Source: Nemertoderma westbladi (lineage: Eukaryota > Animalia > Xenacoelomorpha). From it: DNA of 64,000 bases. Every line of letters begins with the position of its first letter. Within the stretch, counting starts at the first letter, position 1. Below the pieces are notes generated by a model that was given only the letters and a program-made list of their open reading frames with translations, did no database searches and was not told where the DNA came from. The DNA lies in contig JAUCBJ010008603.1 of assembly GCA_032718475.1 (NCBI GenBank), positions 1-64,000 on the forward strand. The letters are read 5' to 3'. Below are positions 11,560-24,890 of the stretch, piece by piece. A program made the translations under genes and the position numbers.

Positions 11560-12480
11560 CAGTCAATGGACGAAGACCAGTCCGCCCATTCTATTTTCCA
11601 GAATATAATAATAGCCCTCAAGGAATCAGTCAAGAAGCTTTTGTTATGGAATACCTGAAGTAATTGTTGCTGGCATTGGATTGTTATATTGTGACACAGA
11701 AGCTCAGGTACTCTCACCAGATGGTGAAACTGAGTTTTTCTCAATCCTGGATGACATTGTTCTTCTTTCTAAAACGCTAGCAGGAGCACAGCTTCTACTG
11801 AATAAAATTCAGAGGGCTGGGAAACTTGACCACATTTAATAATAATCAATTGAGGAAAGTTGATTACTTGAGATATAGAGCAGCATAAAATAAAAGACAT
11901 AGAAGTTAAGAAAGCAAAGGCTTGGGTAGCTCTATCAAAAATGGATACCATCTGGAAATCAGATCTCTCCAGGCACCTGAAGACTAAGTTCTTTCGAGCC
12001 ACAGTGGAAAGTGTATTTTTATACGGGGGTGAGACCTGGACACTGACTAAATCACTTGAACAACGAATTGATGGTTGCTACACAAGACTACTAAGGGCAG
12101 CCCAAAACATCAGCTGGAGACAACACATGACAATCGCCGAGCTTTATGGTACAATACCACATGTATCAACCACCCTCCGTGAACGCAGATTAAGATTCAG
12201 TGGGCACTGCTGGCGAAGTAAAGACGATGTCAAACCAGATCTACTTCTCTGGCAACCAACTCATGGAAAGCGTAGTCGTGGACGACCGGCCATAACATAT
12301 ATAGATCAACTTGAAAGGGATACTGAACTTGGGAGAAACGAAATTGCGACAACTATGGAGAATCGGGAAGCCTGGAAGGATCTCATTTGCAATGTATGTC
12401 CGAGCTCGCTCGATCTAGTAGTTTATCTGCAATTTATATCATTCTGCCTCACTAATGCGCAGGAAGTAAGAAAGTCTAAG
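11560..12480 (+). mobile_element. 5'-truncated, degenerate RTE-like non-LTR retrotransposon fragment in an OSBP intron
   Basis: VLSPDGETE remnant near 11708. ORF 11941-12483 has IWKS..KFFRATVESVFLYGGETWTLTK..RRLRFSGHCWR..RGRPAITYID, typical of the RTE RT C-terminal region. Boundaries approximate. Confidence 0.8.
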
Positions 12481-12564
12481 TAGTTTTTGTTCTCACTAAA
12501 TGTCTCTGTGGAACAACAGACTTCCCACAGCCCCCACTAGATGGCGTTGTATTTAACTCCTCAG

Positions 12565-12813
12565 GTAAACTTCAGCGAACCGCTATCAATGCTACAACGA
12601 CTCACGGAGGAGATGGAATACTCCCGGATACTGGACCAAGCGGCGGCTACATCCGACCAATGGGAGCAGCTGGCTCTGGTCGCTGGATTCACTGCATCCG
12701 CCTACTCCACGACCGCCTCCCAGCGGACCACCAAGCCGTTCAACCCGTTGCTAGGGGAGACCTACGACTGCGATCGTGTAGACGACCTGGGGTGGCGATC
12801 CTTGGCGGAACAG
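12565..12813 (+). CDS. OSBP: OSBP exon (ORD)
   Basis: ctcag|VNFSEPLSMLQRLTEEMEYS..KPFNPLLGETY..AEQ|gttagc. Confidence 0.95.
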
Positions 12814-12957
12814 GTTAGCTCTATGTGTTGCTAGACCCGCCACACACTAGATCAACGGGGATATTGATCTCACATCTCTAATTTACTTTGGGCCTTTAGT
12901 GGTGCTACAATTGTAGACTTTCCTACACTGTATGAGTTAGTAATTCCTTATTTTTAG

Positions 12958-13074
12958 GTTTCACATCACCCTCCCGCCTGCGCTATACATGTTGAGGGTC
13001 GAGGCTGGACTAGTTGGCAAGAATTTACTATGACTTCCAAGTTTAGAGGGAAATATCTTCAGGTTATACCTCAG
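12958..13074 (+). CDS. OSBP: OSBP exon with the EQVSHHPP signature
   Basis: ttttag|VSHHPPACAIHVEGRGWTSWQEFTMTSKFRGKYLQVIPQ|gttagt. Confidence 0.95.
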
Positions 13075-14513
13075 GTTAGTTGGCAAGGAAACACGTAAAT
13101 AATATTAAATATTAAAGTTCGCATTAAATTTCGTAAATGGAACTAGTCCACGCCAACAAGTTTATATATACAACAACACTCATTTTGTTTAATAATCAAA
13201 TAAAATTGATATTTAATTATATTCATGTACCATATTGAGTAAAATGAAGAATGATTGTTAAGAAGTTAAAAATATATGTCCAGGGTTAAAAATAACCAAC
13301 TATTAGCTCGTTATATTAGGGTCGGGCTATAGTTAATATTGGGTAACCAAGAGATTTAGTATATTATGCGTTCAGAACATTTACCAGAACAATTTTAATG
13401 GGCAGAAGCTAAAAAATACGTAAGTGAACGTTTTAGTATCGGACCGCTATGTATTCCATAATGCGTTTTACTTTTAATTCTAACGAGATCGATCGTAATG
13501 GAAAGCAAGAGCTAATGAATTGATCTTCAACACCAGGATTTCCCATTTCGATATGAGCTGTAAGATTTGAGTCATTGGGTTCATTCGTATAAATGAGTAA
13601 CGATTCGATTCCTGGCAAGGATAATGACTTCCATGCGCCGACGTAACTACTGGTAAGACCTCTGTAGTTGTCCATTGGGTTACTGTGGTTCTTTATCAGG
13701 TTCACAGACTGAAACACAGAAAAGAACGGAAGACAATACTAACGGAACACACTTTAATGGATAGAGGTTTATAGTGAGTCACAGTGAGCACAGTGCGGCT
13801 CTCCGTTTAGAAATGCTGAGTATAGCCTGCTGAATAGTGAGAGTTGAGACATTTGGATTAGTGCATTCATAGTCACTACATGCTGTTTCAATTTTATCGT
13901 ATATATTTCTAGCTCTGGCATTTTTGGAGTAGTGTGTCACTGTGTCCTCCAGTTGGATTGTGTGGGTAATAGTATTGGATCTACCAGTGTTAGCTTCTCT
14001 ACATTGTTCCAGAAGTACCCCGGGGAACCAGTGGAACCAATCTATAGTCGTAGTAAACCGGTATGAATATGTAGACCTCGTCCTGCGACCATCTATCTGT
14101 ATCTCCAACTGCATTCAACTGAAAAAAAATCAATCAATACTCGTTATTGGCTCAAGGAACAACTTAACAACCTAACAACCCCCTAAATCTGTTGAAACCC
14201 CCCTAAAAGTCTTTCATATAAAAATAGCATATAGGCAAACATTAGATCAGATCTACACTCGAGTATAGAAAAATATTTTAAGTACAGAAATGAACGAAAT
14301 TAAACGCGCCTTATCGGAAAGGATTGAATCGCTGCACAGGTTGGCCAATATCATCCACTACTGCTGTGGTTGTATTCGGGTACAGAAACATTCCCTGTGA
14401 TCGCGATGGTTCCTGTATTCCGCAATATAATTTAGTCCAAATGTCACCTACACAAATTATTATCGTCGTTATTGCCTCAGTTTTGTTATTTTCCCTTCTC
14501 CATATTTGTTTAG

Positions 14514-14752
14514 GGAACTGCGCATCTCCGGTTCGAGAAGTCCGGCAACCACTACACGTGGAGAAAAGTCACGACAACCATCCACAATATTATAGTTGGT
14601 CGGTTGTGGATAGACCAGTCGGGAGAAATGGACATAATTAATCATAAAACAGGCGATAAATGCCACTTAAAGTATTCGGCGTACAGTTACTTTACTAGGG
14701 AAACCCCTCGTAAGGTAACGGGTATGGTCATGGATAAAGATGGAGACGCCAG
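14514..14752 (+). CDS. OSBP: OSBP exon (ORD)
   Basis: tttag|GTAHLRFEKSGNHYTWRKVTTTIHNIIVGRLWIDQSGEM..YSYF..RKVTG..AG|gtattt. Confidence 0.92.
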
Positions 14753-14879
14753 GTATTTATTATATTTTATAATACATAAGACGATTAAATTATTACTCAA
14801 AGTTATATGTAGTTTTGTAGAAACCCATCTCTCAATCCCGCAATATGAATAAGCCTTATAAACTATTTTTGCTACCTAG

Positions 14880-15017
14880 GTATATTATTTCGGGTACATG
14901 GGATGATCACATAGAAGGTGCTAAAGTTGTCTACGGTAAACGCAAAGCGAATTCCGATGAGAAGCCAAAGTTACACACGACGCAACCACGGGTGCTGTGG
15001 CAACGAGTATACCCGCC
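14880..15017 (+). CDS. OSBP: OSBP exon (ORD)
   Basis: cctag|G, then YIISGTWDDHIE..VLWQRVYP, CC|gtaagt. Confidence 0.9.
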
Positions 15018-15089
15018 GTAAGTAGTTGCCATTTATTCGACTAAAAGATAACCAGTGAAAAATAAAGTTAAGTTTTATTTGACCGTTAG

Positions 15090-15318
15090 GGATTACGCAC
15101 AAACTTATTTCCAGCGCGGTCCGCCCAGAACTTTACTCCCCAGAGGAAACTCCAGTACTCATTTAGCTACCATTTAAGGATGCAAGGCAGAGATGCGCCC
15201 TGGCTGGTCCCTTTAAAGCATTCGTGCCGAAACGAAAACTGCCCTGGCCCATGTGAGGATCGAACCCACGACCTACGGGAGATGTGAATTCAATGCAACC
15301 ACTACACCAAGGTGGCTA
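15090..15318 (-). mobile_element. tRNA-derived SINE-like sequence
   Basis: Minus strand has A-box TGGTGTAGTGG (15309-15299) and B-box GGTTCGATCC (15266-15257), followed by non-tRNA body; no clean cloverleaf. 3' boundary uncertain. Confidence 0.45.
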
Positions 15319-15392
15319 TTTGTGTTCCCTCCATTCTCCTCAGTTTCCGGGACTAACCAGTTGATGAATACCTGACCTGTTATTGTTTACAG

Positions 15393-15610
15393 GTCGACCT
15401 ACGAGAAAATGTACCACTTTACCGAGTTCGCGTGCTCTCTCAATGAGCCGGAGCCGGATTGCGCTCCGACCGACTCGAGATTGCGACCCGATCAACGGAT
15501 GTTGGAGGACGGAAACTGGCAGAAATCCAACGAACAGAAGATGAGGTTGGAAGAGAAGCAGCGATTGGCTAGACGGCTTAGGGAAGCCGAGATAGCGGGA
15601 GCTGATGGAG
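15393..15610 (+). CDS. OSBP: OSBP exon (ORD)
   Basis: ttacag|G, then STYEKMYHFTEFACSLNE..APTDSRLRPDQR..RLEEKQR..ADG G|gtgagt. Confidence 0.95.
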
Positions 15611-18600
15611 GTGAGTCAGTGAGGAGGCCGAGATAGCGGGAGCTGTTCGGGGTGAGTTAGTGAGGCCGAGATAGCGGGAGCTGATGGAGGTGAGTCAGTG
15701 AGGAGGCCGAGATAGCGGGAGCTGATGGAGGTGAGTTAGTGAGGCGGCCGAGATAGCGGGAGCTGATCGAGGTGAGTTAGTGAGGAGGCCGAGATAGCGG
15801 TGAGCTGTTCGGGGTGAGTCAGTGAGGAGGCCGAGATAGCGGGAGGTGATCGGGGTGAGTCAGTGAGGAGGCCGAGATAGCGGGAGCTGTTCGGGGTATG
15901 TTAGTGAGGCCGAGATAGCGCGAGCTGTTCGGGGTGAGTTAGTGAGGCCGAGATAGCGGGAGCTGTTCGGGGTGAGTTAGTGAGGAGGCCGAGATAGCGG
16001 GAGCTGATGGAGGTGAGTCAGTGAGGAGGCCGAGATAGCGGGAGCTGATGGAGGTGAGTTAGTGAGGAGGCCGAGATAGCGGGAGCTGATGGAGGTGAGT
16101 CAGTGAGGAGGCCGAGATAGCGGGAGCTGTTCGGGGTGAGTTAGTGAGGCCGAGATAGCGGGAGGTGATCGAGGTGAGTTAGTGAGGAGGCCGAGATAGC
16201 GAGAGCTGATGGAGGTGAGTTAGTGAGGAGGCCGAGATAGCGGGAGCTGATGGAGGTGAGTCAGTGAGGAGGCCGAGATAGCGGGAGCTGTTCGGGGTGA
16301 GTTAGTGAGGCCGAGATAGCGGGAGGTGTTCGGGGTGAATTAGTGAGGAGGCCGAGATAGCGGGAGCTGTTCGGGGTGAGTTAGCAAGGAGGCCGAGATA
16401 GCGGGAGGTGATCGAGGTGAATTAGTGAGGAGGCCGAGATAGCGGGAGCTGTTCGGGGTGAGTTAGTGAGGCCGAGATAGCGGGAGCTGATCGGGGTGAG
16501 TTAGTGAGGAGGCCGAGATAGCGGGAGCTGATGGAGGTGAGTTAGTGAGGAGGCCGAGATAGCGGGAGCTGTTCGGGGTGAGTTAGTGAGGCCGAGATAG
16601 CGGGAGCTGTTCGGGGTGAGTTAGTGAGGCCGAGATAGCGGGAGCTGATCGAGGTGAGTTAGTGAGGAGGCCGAGATAGCGGGAGCTGTTCGGGGTCAGT
16701 TAGTGAGGCCGAAATAGCGGGAGCTGATGGAGGTGAGTTAGTGAGGAGGCCGAGATAGCGGAAGGTGTTCGGGGTGAGTTAGTGAGGAGGCCGAGATAGC
16801 GGGAGCTGTTCGGGGTGAGTTAGTGAGGCCGAGATAGCGGGAGCTGATCGGGGTGAGTTAGTGAGGAGGCCGAGATAGCGGGAGCTGATGGAGGTGAGTT
16901 AGTGAGGAGGCCGAGATAGCGGAAGGTGTTCGGGGTGAGTTAGTGAGGAGGCCGAGATAGCGGGAGCTGATGGAGGTGAGTTAGTGAGGAGGCCGAGATA
17001 GCGGAAGGTGTTCGGGGTGAGTTAGTGAGGAGGCCGAGATAGCGGGAGCTGTTCGGGGTGAGTTAGTGAGGCCGAGATAGCGGGAGCTGATCGGGGTGAG
17101 TTAGTGAGGAGGCCGAGATAGCGGGAGCTGATGGAGGTGAGTTAGTGAGGAGGCCGAGATAGCGGGAGCTGATGGAGGTGAGTTAGTGAGGAGGCCGAGA
17201 TAGCGGGAGCTGTTCGGGGTGAGTTAGTGAGGAGGCCGAGATAGCGGGAGCTGTTCGGGGTGAGTTAGTGAGGAGGCCGAGATAGCGGGAGCTGATGGAG
17301 GTGAGTTAGTGAGGAGGCCGAGATAGCGGGAGCTGTTCGGGGTGAGTTAGTGAGGCCGAGAGAGCGGGAGCTGTTCGGGGTGAGTTAGTGAGGCCGAGAT
17401 AGCGGGAGCTGATCGAGGTGAGTTAGTGAGGCCGAGATAGCGGGAGCTGTTCGGGGTGAGTTAGTGAGGAGGCTGAGATAGCGGGAGCTGATGGAGGTGA
17501 GTTAGTGAGGAGGCCGAGATAGCGGGAGCTGTTCGGGGTGAGTTAGTGAGGAGGCTGAGATAGCGGGAGCTGTTCGGGGTGAGTTAGTGAGGAGGCCGAG
17601 ATAGCGGGAGCTGATGGAGGTGAGTTAGTGAGGAGGCCGAGATAGCGGGAGCTGATGGAGGTGAGTTAGTGAGGAAGCCGAGATAGCCGGAGCTGATGGA
17701 GGTGAGTTAGTGAGGAGGCCGAGATAGCGGGAGGTGAGTCAGTGAGGAGGCCGAGATAGCGGGAGCTGTTCGGGGTGAGTTAGTGAGGCCGAGATAGCGG
17801 GAGCTGATGGAGGTGAGTCAGTGAGGAGGCCGAGATAGCGGGAGCTGTTCGGGGTGAGTTAGTGAGGAGGCCGAGATAGCGGGAGCTGTACGGGGTGAGT
17901 TAGTGAGGAGGCCGAGATAGCGGGAGCTGATGGAGGTGAGTTAGTGAGGAGGCCGAGATAGCGGGAGCTGATGGAGGTGAGTTAGTGAGGAAGCCGAGAT
18001 AGCGGGAGCTGTTCGGGGTGAGTTAGTGAGGAGGCTGAGATAGCGGGAGCTGTTCGGGGTGAGTCAGTGAGGAGGCCGAGATAGCGGGAGGTGATCGGGG
18101 TGAGTCAGTGAGGAGGCCGGGATAGCGGGAGCTGATGGAGGTGAGTTAGTGAGGAAGCCGAGATAGCGGGAGGTGAGTCAGTGAGGAGGCCGAGATAGCG
18201 GGAGCTGTTCGGGGTGAGTTAGTGAGGTGGCCGGGATAGCGGGAGGTGAGTCAGTGAGGAGGCCGAGATAGCGGGAGCTGTTCGGGGTGAGTTAGTGAGG
18301 CCGAGATAGCGGGAGGTGATCGAGGTGAGTTAGTGAGGAGGCCGAGATAGCGGGAGCTGTTCGGGGTGAGTTAGTGAGGAGGCCGAGATAGCGGGAGGTG
18401 TTCGGGGTGAGTTAGTGAGGAGGCCGAGATAGCGGGAGCTGATGGAGGTGAGTTAGTGAGGAGGCCGAGATAGCGGGAGCTGTTCGGGGTGAGTTAGTGA
18501 GGCCGAGATAGCGGGAGCTGTTCGGGGTGCGTTAGTGAGGAGGCCGAGATAGCGGGAGCTGATGGAGGTGAGTTAGTGAGGAGGCCGAGATAGCGGGAGC

Positions 18601-19454
18601 TGTTCGGGGTGAGTTAGTGAGGTGGCCGGGATAGCGGGAGGTGATCGAGGTGAGTTAGTGAGGTGGCCGAGATAGCGGGAGCTGTTCGGGGTGAGTTAGT
18701 GAGGAGGCCGAGATAGCGGGAGCTGTACGGGGTGAGTTAGTGAGGAGGCCGAGATAGCGGGAGCTGATGGAGGTGAGTTAGTGAGAAGGCCGAGATAGCG
18801 GGAGCTGATGGAGGTGAGTTAGTGAGGAGGCCGAGATAGCGGGAGCTGTTCGGGGTGAGTTAGCAAGGAGGCCGAGATAGCGGGAGGTGATCGAGGTGAG
18901 TTAGTGAGGAGGCCGAGATAGCGGGAGGTGATCGAGGTGAGTTAGTGAGGCCGAGATAGCGGGAGCTGATCGAGGTGAGTTAGTGAGGTGGCCGGGATAG
19001 CGGGAGCTGATGGAGGTGAGTCAGTGAGGAGGCCGAGATAGCGGGAGCTGTTCGGGGTGAGTTAGTGAGGCCGAGATAGCGGGAGCTGTTCGGGATGAGT
19101 TAGTGAGGCCGAGATAGCGGGAGCTGATCGGGATGAGTTAGTGAGGCCGAGATAGCGGGAGCTGATCGAGGTGAGTTAGTGAGGCCGAGATAGCGGGAGG
19201 TGATCGAGGTGAGTTAGTGAGGAGGCCGAGATAGCGGGAGCTGTTCGGGATGAGTTAGTGAGGCCGAGATAGCGGGAGCTGATCGAGGTGAGTTAGTGAG
19301 GCCGAGATAGCGGGAGCTGTTCCAGGTGAGTTAGTGAGGCCGAGATAGCGGGAGCTGTTCGGGGTGAGTTAGTGAGGAGGCCGAGATAGCGGGAGCTGAT
19401 GGAGGTGAGTCAGTGAGGAGATAGCGGGAGCTGTTCGGGTTGAGTAAGTGAGGC
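15586..19454 (+). repeat. 38-41-bp minisatellite copying the OSBP exon end plus donor, ~95 copies
   Basis: Unit GCCGAGATAGCGGGAGCTGATGGAG|GTGAGT(C/T)AGTGAGGAG; the first 25 nt are identical to the last exon codons (AEIAGADG). Confidence 0.97.
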
Positions 19455-21503
19455 CTCTCAATCAATCACACAGCTTACGTCGCTCTCAACCAATCAATCA
19501 CACAACTCACTTTGCTCTCAATCAATCACACAGCTCACTTTGCTTTCAACCAATCACACAACTCACTTCGCTCTCAACCAATCAATCACACAGCTCACTT
19601 TGCTCTCAATCAATCACACAACTCACTTTGATCTCAATCAATCACACAGCTTACTTCGCTCTCAACCAATCAATCACACAGCTTACTTTGCTTTCATCCA
19701 ATCACACAGCTCACTTTGCTCTCAACCAATCACACAACTCACATTGCTCTCAACCAATCAATCACACCGATTACTTTACTTTCAACCAATCACACAGCTC
19801 ACTTTGCTCTCAATCAATCACACAGCTTACTTCGCTCTCAACCAATCAATCACACAGCTTACTTTGCTTTCAACCAATCACACAGCTCACTTTGCTCTCA
19901 ACCAATCACACAACTCACTTTGCTCTAAACCAATCAATCACACAGCTTACTTTACTCTCAATCAATCACACAGCTTACTTCGTTCTCAACCAATCAATCA
20001 CACAGCTTACTTTACTCTCAATCAATCACACAGCTTACTTCGCTCTCAACCAATCAATCACACAGCTCACTTTGCTTTCAACCAATCACACAGCTCACTT
20101 TGCTCTCAACCAATCACACAACTGACTTTCCTCTCAACCAATCAATCACACAGCTTACTTTACTCTCAATCAATCACACAGCTTACTTCGTTCTCAACCA
20201 ATCAATCACACAGCTTACTTTACTCTCAATCAATCACACAGCTTACTTCGCTCTCAACCAATCAATCACACAGCTCACTTTGCTTTCAACCAATCACACA
20301 GCTCACTTTGCTCTCAACCAATCACACAACTGACTTTCCTCTCAACCAATCAATCACACAGCTCACTTTACTCTCAATCAATCACACAGCTCACTTTGCT
20401 CTCAACCAATCAATCACACAGCTTACTTTGCTTTCAACCAATCACACAGCTCACTTTGCTTTCAACCAATCACACAGCTCACTTTGCTCTCAACCAATCA
20501 CACAGCTCACTTTACTCTCAATCAATCACACAGCTTACTACGCTCTCAACCAATCAATCACACAGCTTACTTTGCTTTCAACCAATCACACAGCTCACTT
20601 TGCTCTCAACCAATCACACAACTCACTTTGCTCTCAACCAATCAATCACACAGCTTACTTTGCTTTCAACCAATCACACAGCTCACTTTGCTCTCAACCA
20701 ATCACACAACTCACTTTGCTCTCAACCAATCAATCACACAGCTTACTTTACTCTCAATTAATCACACAGCTTACTTCGTTCTCAACCAATCAATCACACA
20801 GTTTACTTTACTCTCAATCAATCACACAGCTTACTTCGCTCTCAACCAATCAATCACACAGCTCACTTTGCTTTCAACCAATCACACAGCTCACTTTGCT
20901 CTCAACCAATCACACAACTCACTTTCCTCTCAACCAATCAATCACACAGCTCACTTTACTCTCAATCAATCACACAGCTTACTTCGCTCTCAACCAATCA
21001 ATCACACAGCTCACTTTGCTTTCAACCAATCACACAGCTCACTTTGCTCTCAACCAATCACACAGCTTACTTTACTCTCAATCAATCACACAGCTCTCAA
21101 CCAATCAATCACACAACTCACTTTGCTCTCAATCAATCACACAACTCACTTTGCTCTCAATCAATCACACAGCTCACTTTGCTCTCAACCAATCACACAG
21201 CTAACTTTGCTCTCAACCAATCACACAGCTTACTTCGCTCTCAACCAATCAATCACACAACTCACTTTGCTCTCAACCAATCAATCACACAGTTCACTTT
21301 GCTTTCAACCAATCAATCACACAGCTAACTTTGCTCTCAACCAAACAATCACACAGCTCACTTTACTCTCAATCAATCACACAGCTCACTTTACTCTCAA
21401 TCAATCACACAGCTTACTTTACTCTCAATCAATCACACAGCTTACTTTACTCTCAATCAATCACACAGCTTACTTTACTCTCAATCAATCACACAGCTTA
21501 CTT
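19455..21503 (+). repeat. ~27-31-bp C/A-rich minisatellite abutting the previous array
   Basis: Unit like CTCTCAACCAATC(AATC)ACACAGCT(C/T)ACTTTG. Confidence 0.95.
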
Positions 21504-21543
21504 TCGAGACTTTCACAGACATTTGAACCAATTTTATATGCAG

Positions 21544-21686
21544 GGCGTATTTCTGGAGATTGGGAGCCGACTTGGTTTCAGAAACAACTTGACCCCCAAA
21601 CTGGCAGCATTATACACAAGTTTAGCGGCGACTATTGGGATTGCAAGCAAAAGCAGCATTGGCAGAAATGCCCCAGTATATTCTAG
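21544..21686 (+). CDS. OSBP: OSBP terminal exon
   Basis: atgcag|GG completes a phase-1 Gly. WEPTWF..DPQTG..H.F.GDYWDCKQKQHWQKCPSIF* matches the OSBP C-terminus. Confidence 0.92.
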
Positions 21687-22069
21687 AGAATTCTATTAAC
21701 GCAGTATTATTATATAGGATTTAATGATAATTTCACTCATTCTGTCTATCGTCTTATAATTAGTATTTTGAGTTTTGTCACATATTATTTTATTAGTTAT
21801 AAATGTAGTGAAATTAAAACTATTGTGTAATGTTATTATATTATTTGAATACAAATATATCACATTCTGTCAATGATACTTGCCGATCACTATATTAAAC
21901 TATTTAATTTAATTTAATTTGTTTTTTTCCCTAACCCCCCCACCCCCTCGAAAATTATATTTTCTAAAAGTACCTAAAATTTTCATTCATTTCAACCATG
22001 TAACCCGCCAATGTTCTAATGAACTGAGGAGCCGTTGGGCTCCCTCTAGTGATTCTGAGAGTACTCCTA

Positions 22070-22308
22070 TAGTCATCAGCAAAGTCTAGATCAGTTAGGT
22101 ACAATACTCCTAGTCATCAGCAAAGTCTAGATCAGTTAGGTACAATACTCCTAGTCATCAGCAAAGTCTAGATCAGTTAGGTATAGTACTCCTAGTCATC
22201 AGCAAAGTCTAGATCAGTTAGGTACAATACTCCTAGTCATCAGCAAAGTCTAGATCAGTTAGGTATAGTACTCCTAGTCATCAGCAAAGTCTAGATCAGT
22301 TATGTACT
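22070..22308 (+). repeat. 41-bp tandem repeat, ~6 copies
   Basis: TAGTCATCAGCAAAGTCTAGATCAGTTAGGTA(CAA/TAG)TACTCC at 41-bp spacing. Confidence 0.9.
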
Positions 22309-23090
22309 TGGCAGGATTTCCTTGACTTCTGGAGCCAGTAAGTGGAGTCTAAAGTAAGATGTCTCCATCATCATTATGGTGATCGCAGAACATACTGTAG
22401 TTTCCACGAAACAACTAGATTCCACGAAAAGGTGGTCATCAGCTTGAGTTTTCCTATAATTAGTACTGAACACTGAAACTGAAATTAAAATCCGAAAGTG
22501 AAATTCAAGTTAAAAAATTTCAGTCTATGATTATCATAATTCAGCAGTTATTTATATTCAACTGAATCAATCTAACTACTGTACAACAGTTGTTGTAAAC
22601 GATTTGAAATGTAACTGAAATTCTTTGAATTAAATTTTAGTGTTCAGTACTACATAATATTGTAATCCAAACCATATTTACTCGTTACCTCACGTTTATT
22701 CTTAATAAATTTCCCGTCAAATTGTGACATTTGAAAACTGTGGCTGTGAAACATTAATTACATAATTTAGCTTTATAAGATTATAAGTAAGTTCAAATTA
22801 AAATAACACACCAATAATATACAATAATGCACCCAACATAATTATATTTATTTCGCTAACTACATCCAAAGGCACAGTTATCGGTGTAGCTTAAAATGCA
22901 CACAGGTAAAAAGTCTCTGTTGGTTGGTTCGACAAGTAAACATTTATTTTTATCAAATTTTCTGGCAACCATACAAATATATTCAAAATTCGATGTAGAT
23001 TCCAAAGGCGCAAATTTTTCAAAATTTGGCCCATTTTTTGTTCGTTTGAAATTTTTCTCCACCTCTTTGAAATTCCGAAAATCCCGCTGA

Positions 23091-23410
23091 CATCACCTGA
23101 CCCTAATCCCTAATCACCTGACCCTAATCACCTGACCCTAATCCCTAATCACCTGACCCTAATCCCTAATCACCTGACCCTAATCCCTAATCACCTGACC
23201 CTAATCCCTAATCACCTGACCCTAATCCCTATTCACCTGACCCTAATCCCTAATCACCTGACCATAATCCCTAATCACCTGACCCTAATCCCTAATCACC
23301 TGACCCTAATCCCTAATCACCTGACCCTAATCCCTAATCACCTGACCCTAATCCCTAATCACCTGACCCTAATCCCTAATCACCTGACCCTAATCACCTG
23401 ACCCTAATCC
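23091..23410 (+). repeat. 21-bp repeat containing telomere-like CCCTAA, ~15 copies
   Basis: Unit CACCTGACCCTAATCCCTAAT. Confidence 0.92.
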
Positions 23411-23681
23411 TTCAAAACTTAATTAATCATTAATGAATCACCTTTTATATTGGATCTTTGATTTCCAGATCAGTTTACACCTTTCGCGATATTGCGGAGG
23501 TCATTTTATTCATGTTACTTTTTCTCGAGATCTGTAAATCCAATTGCCATGACATTTTAGACCCTTATACAGAATTTCGAGCTGTACAAGTCTCTTCGAG
23601 CAGTACAAGTGGAACCTCATCAAATATTGCAAGAGTGGCCTATGGGAACATTTTTTGAAAAAAAAACTTTTTTTCATAAAT

Positions 23682-24890
23682 GGGCAATTCCATGGTATCG
23701 GACGTTACGGACATTCTCGATTTTTGAATGTTTTTCTTTAAATTTACGTTTAAATTATTTATTTATTTAATTTATTTATAAATCTTTCAGAATATCGCAA
23801 ATACCCTGCATTGGGAAACATTAGGCCTATTCTTCTTAAACAGTTGACTTTTAAAAAGGTGTCGGACTTTACAAAAATAGGACACTTTTTATTGTACATA
23901 TTTTACTTTTGATTGCAATTAATGCCGAAGACTGGGTATGTTATTATTTTTGGGCTCAAAATGTAGCTCAACTATTCTATTTTTCGCAGATCTTTTGAAG
24001 CCAACATTTGCAATTCAAAGTTGTGCGGAATGGCGTCGGACGTTACGTGTTGGACGTTACATAAAACTGAGCAATATTTAGCCACCTCTGTCGGCTTTAT
24101 TTTTCGTCTTGGGAATGTACTCTAGATATCATTAGAACCGCCTTCATCTGCAGATTCCGAATCTGAAAACCGTTTTAATTTTCACCAATAATTGCTAAGG
24201 TGTAAATTTTGAGTCGAAAATCGCAATTATTGAAACCTATGTTTATTTAGTTATGCATTTTACACTATACACTGCAATTTAGACTTTAAATACATTAAAT
24301 AATAATAGTGTCGGACGTTACAATGTGTCGGACGTTACAATGTGTCGGACGTTACAAACTTCATTCACTGAAATCACAGCCTTTATGGTAGCCTGGAGTG
24401 CTGTAAATGGCACAAGAGACGCCATCTTATGTCGGCATTGAGTCATTTTAATTTCGATATGGTTTGCCAAACAATAGAGAAGTAATTGAGAAAAAATGTA
24501 AAAAAAAAGTGTCGGACGTTACAATTGGGTACAGGTAGCTTTTAATGCTTATTGTATGAGAAGCGTTCTATGTTTATGGCGTAGAACTACAGTACCTCAT
24601 TGGAACGTGCATTTAAGGCTGAGCTGATTACAATGATACCAAGGATATATTGATAAACAGTAAAAAAATATTTCGCCTTGAATTTTGGTATTTTTTACGT
24701 GTTTTATGTTTTTTCTTGACGATGGTCGATATAATCGCAAAATTTCCTATTTTATACCCTCAAATCAATGTAAATTTTGTCAAATTCGAAAAATTTATGA
24801 AATTTTACCCAATAAATCATGACATATTATTGTTTATTTTTTAAAGTTTCATTTTTTTCATTTCATTTCCCATTTTCTGTGGAAATGCCC
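23682..24890. mobile_element. Nested non-autonomous TIR element with 4-bp AAAT target-site duplication (Sola-like)
   Basis: aaat|GGGCAATTCCA ... TGGAAATGCCC|aaat. Internal motif (G)TCGGACGTTAC(A) repeated about 8 times. Confidence 0.65.

Noticed and set aside
15240-15318. tRNA gene
   Set aside because: A and B boxes are present but there are no convincing acceptor/anticodon stems; treated as SINE-like.
23091-23410. Telomere or chromosome-fusion relic
   Set aside because: CCCTAA is embedded in a 21-bp unit inside a TIR element, not in a pure (TTAGGG)n tract.
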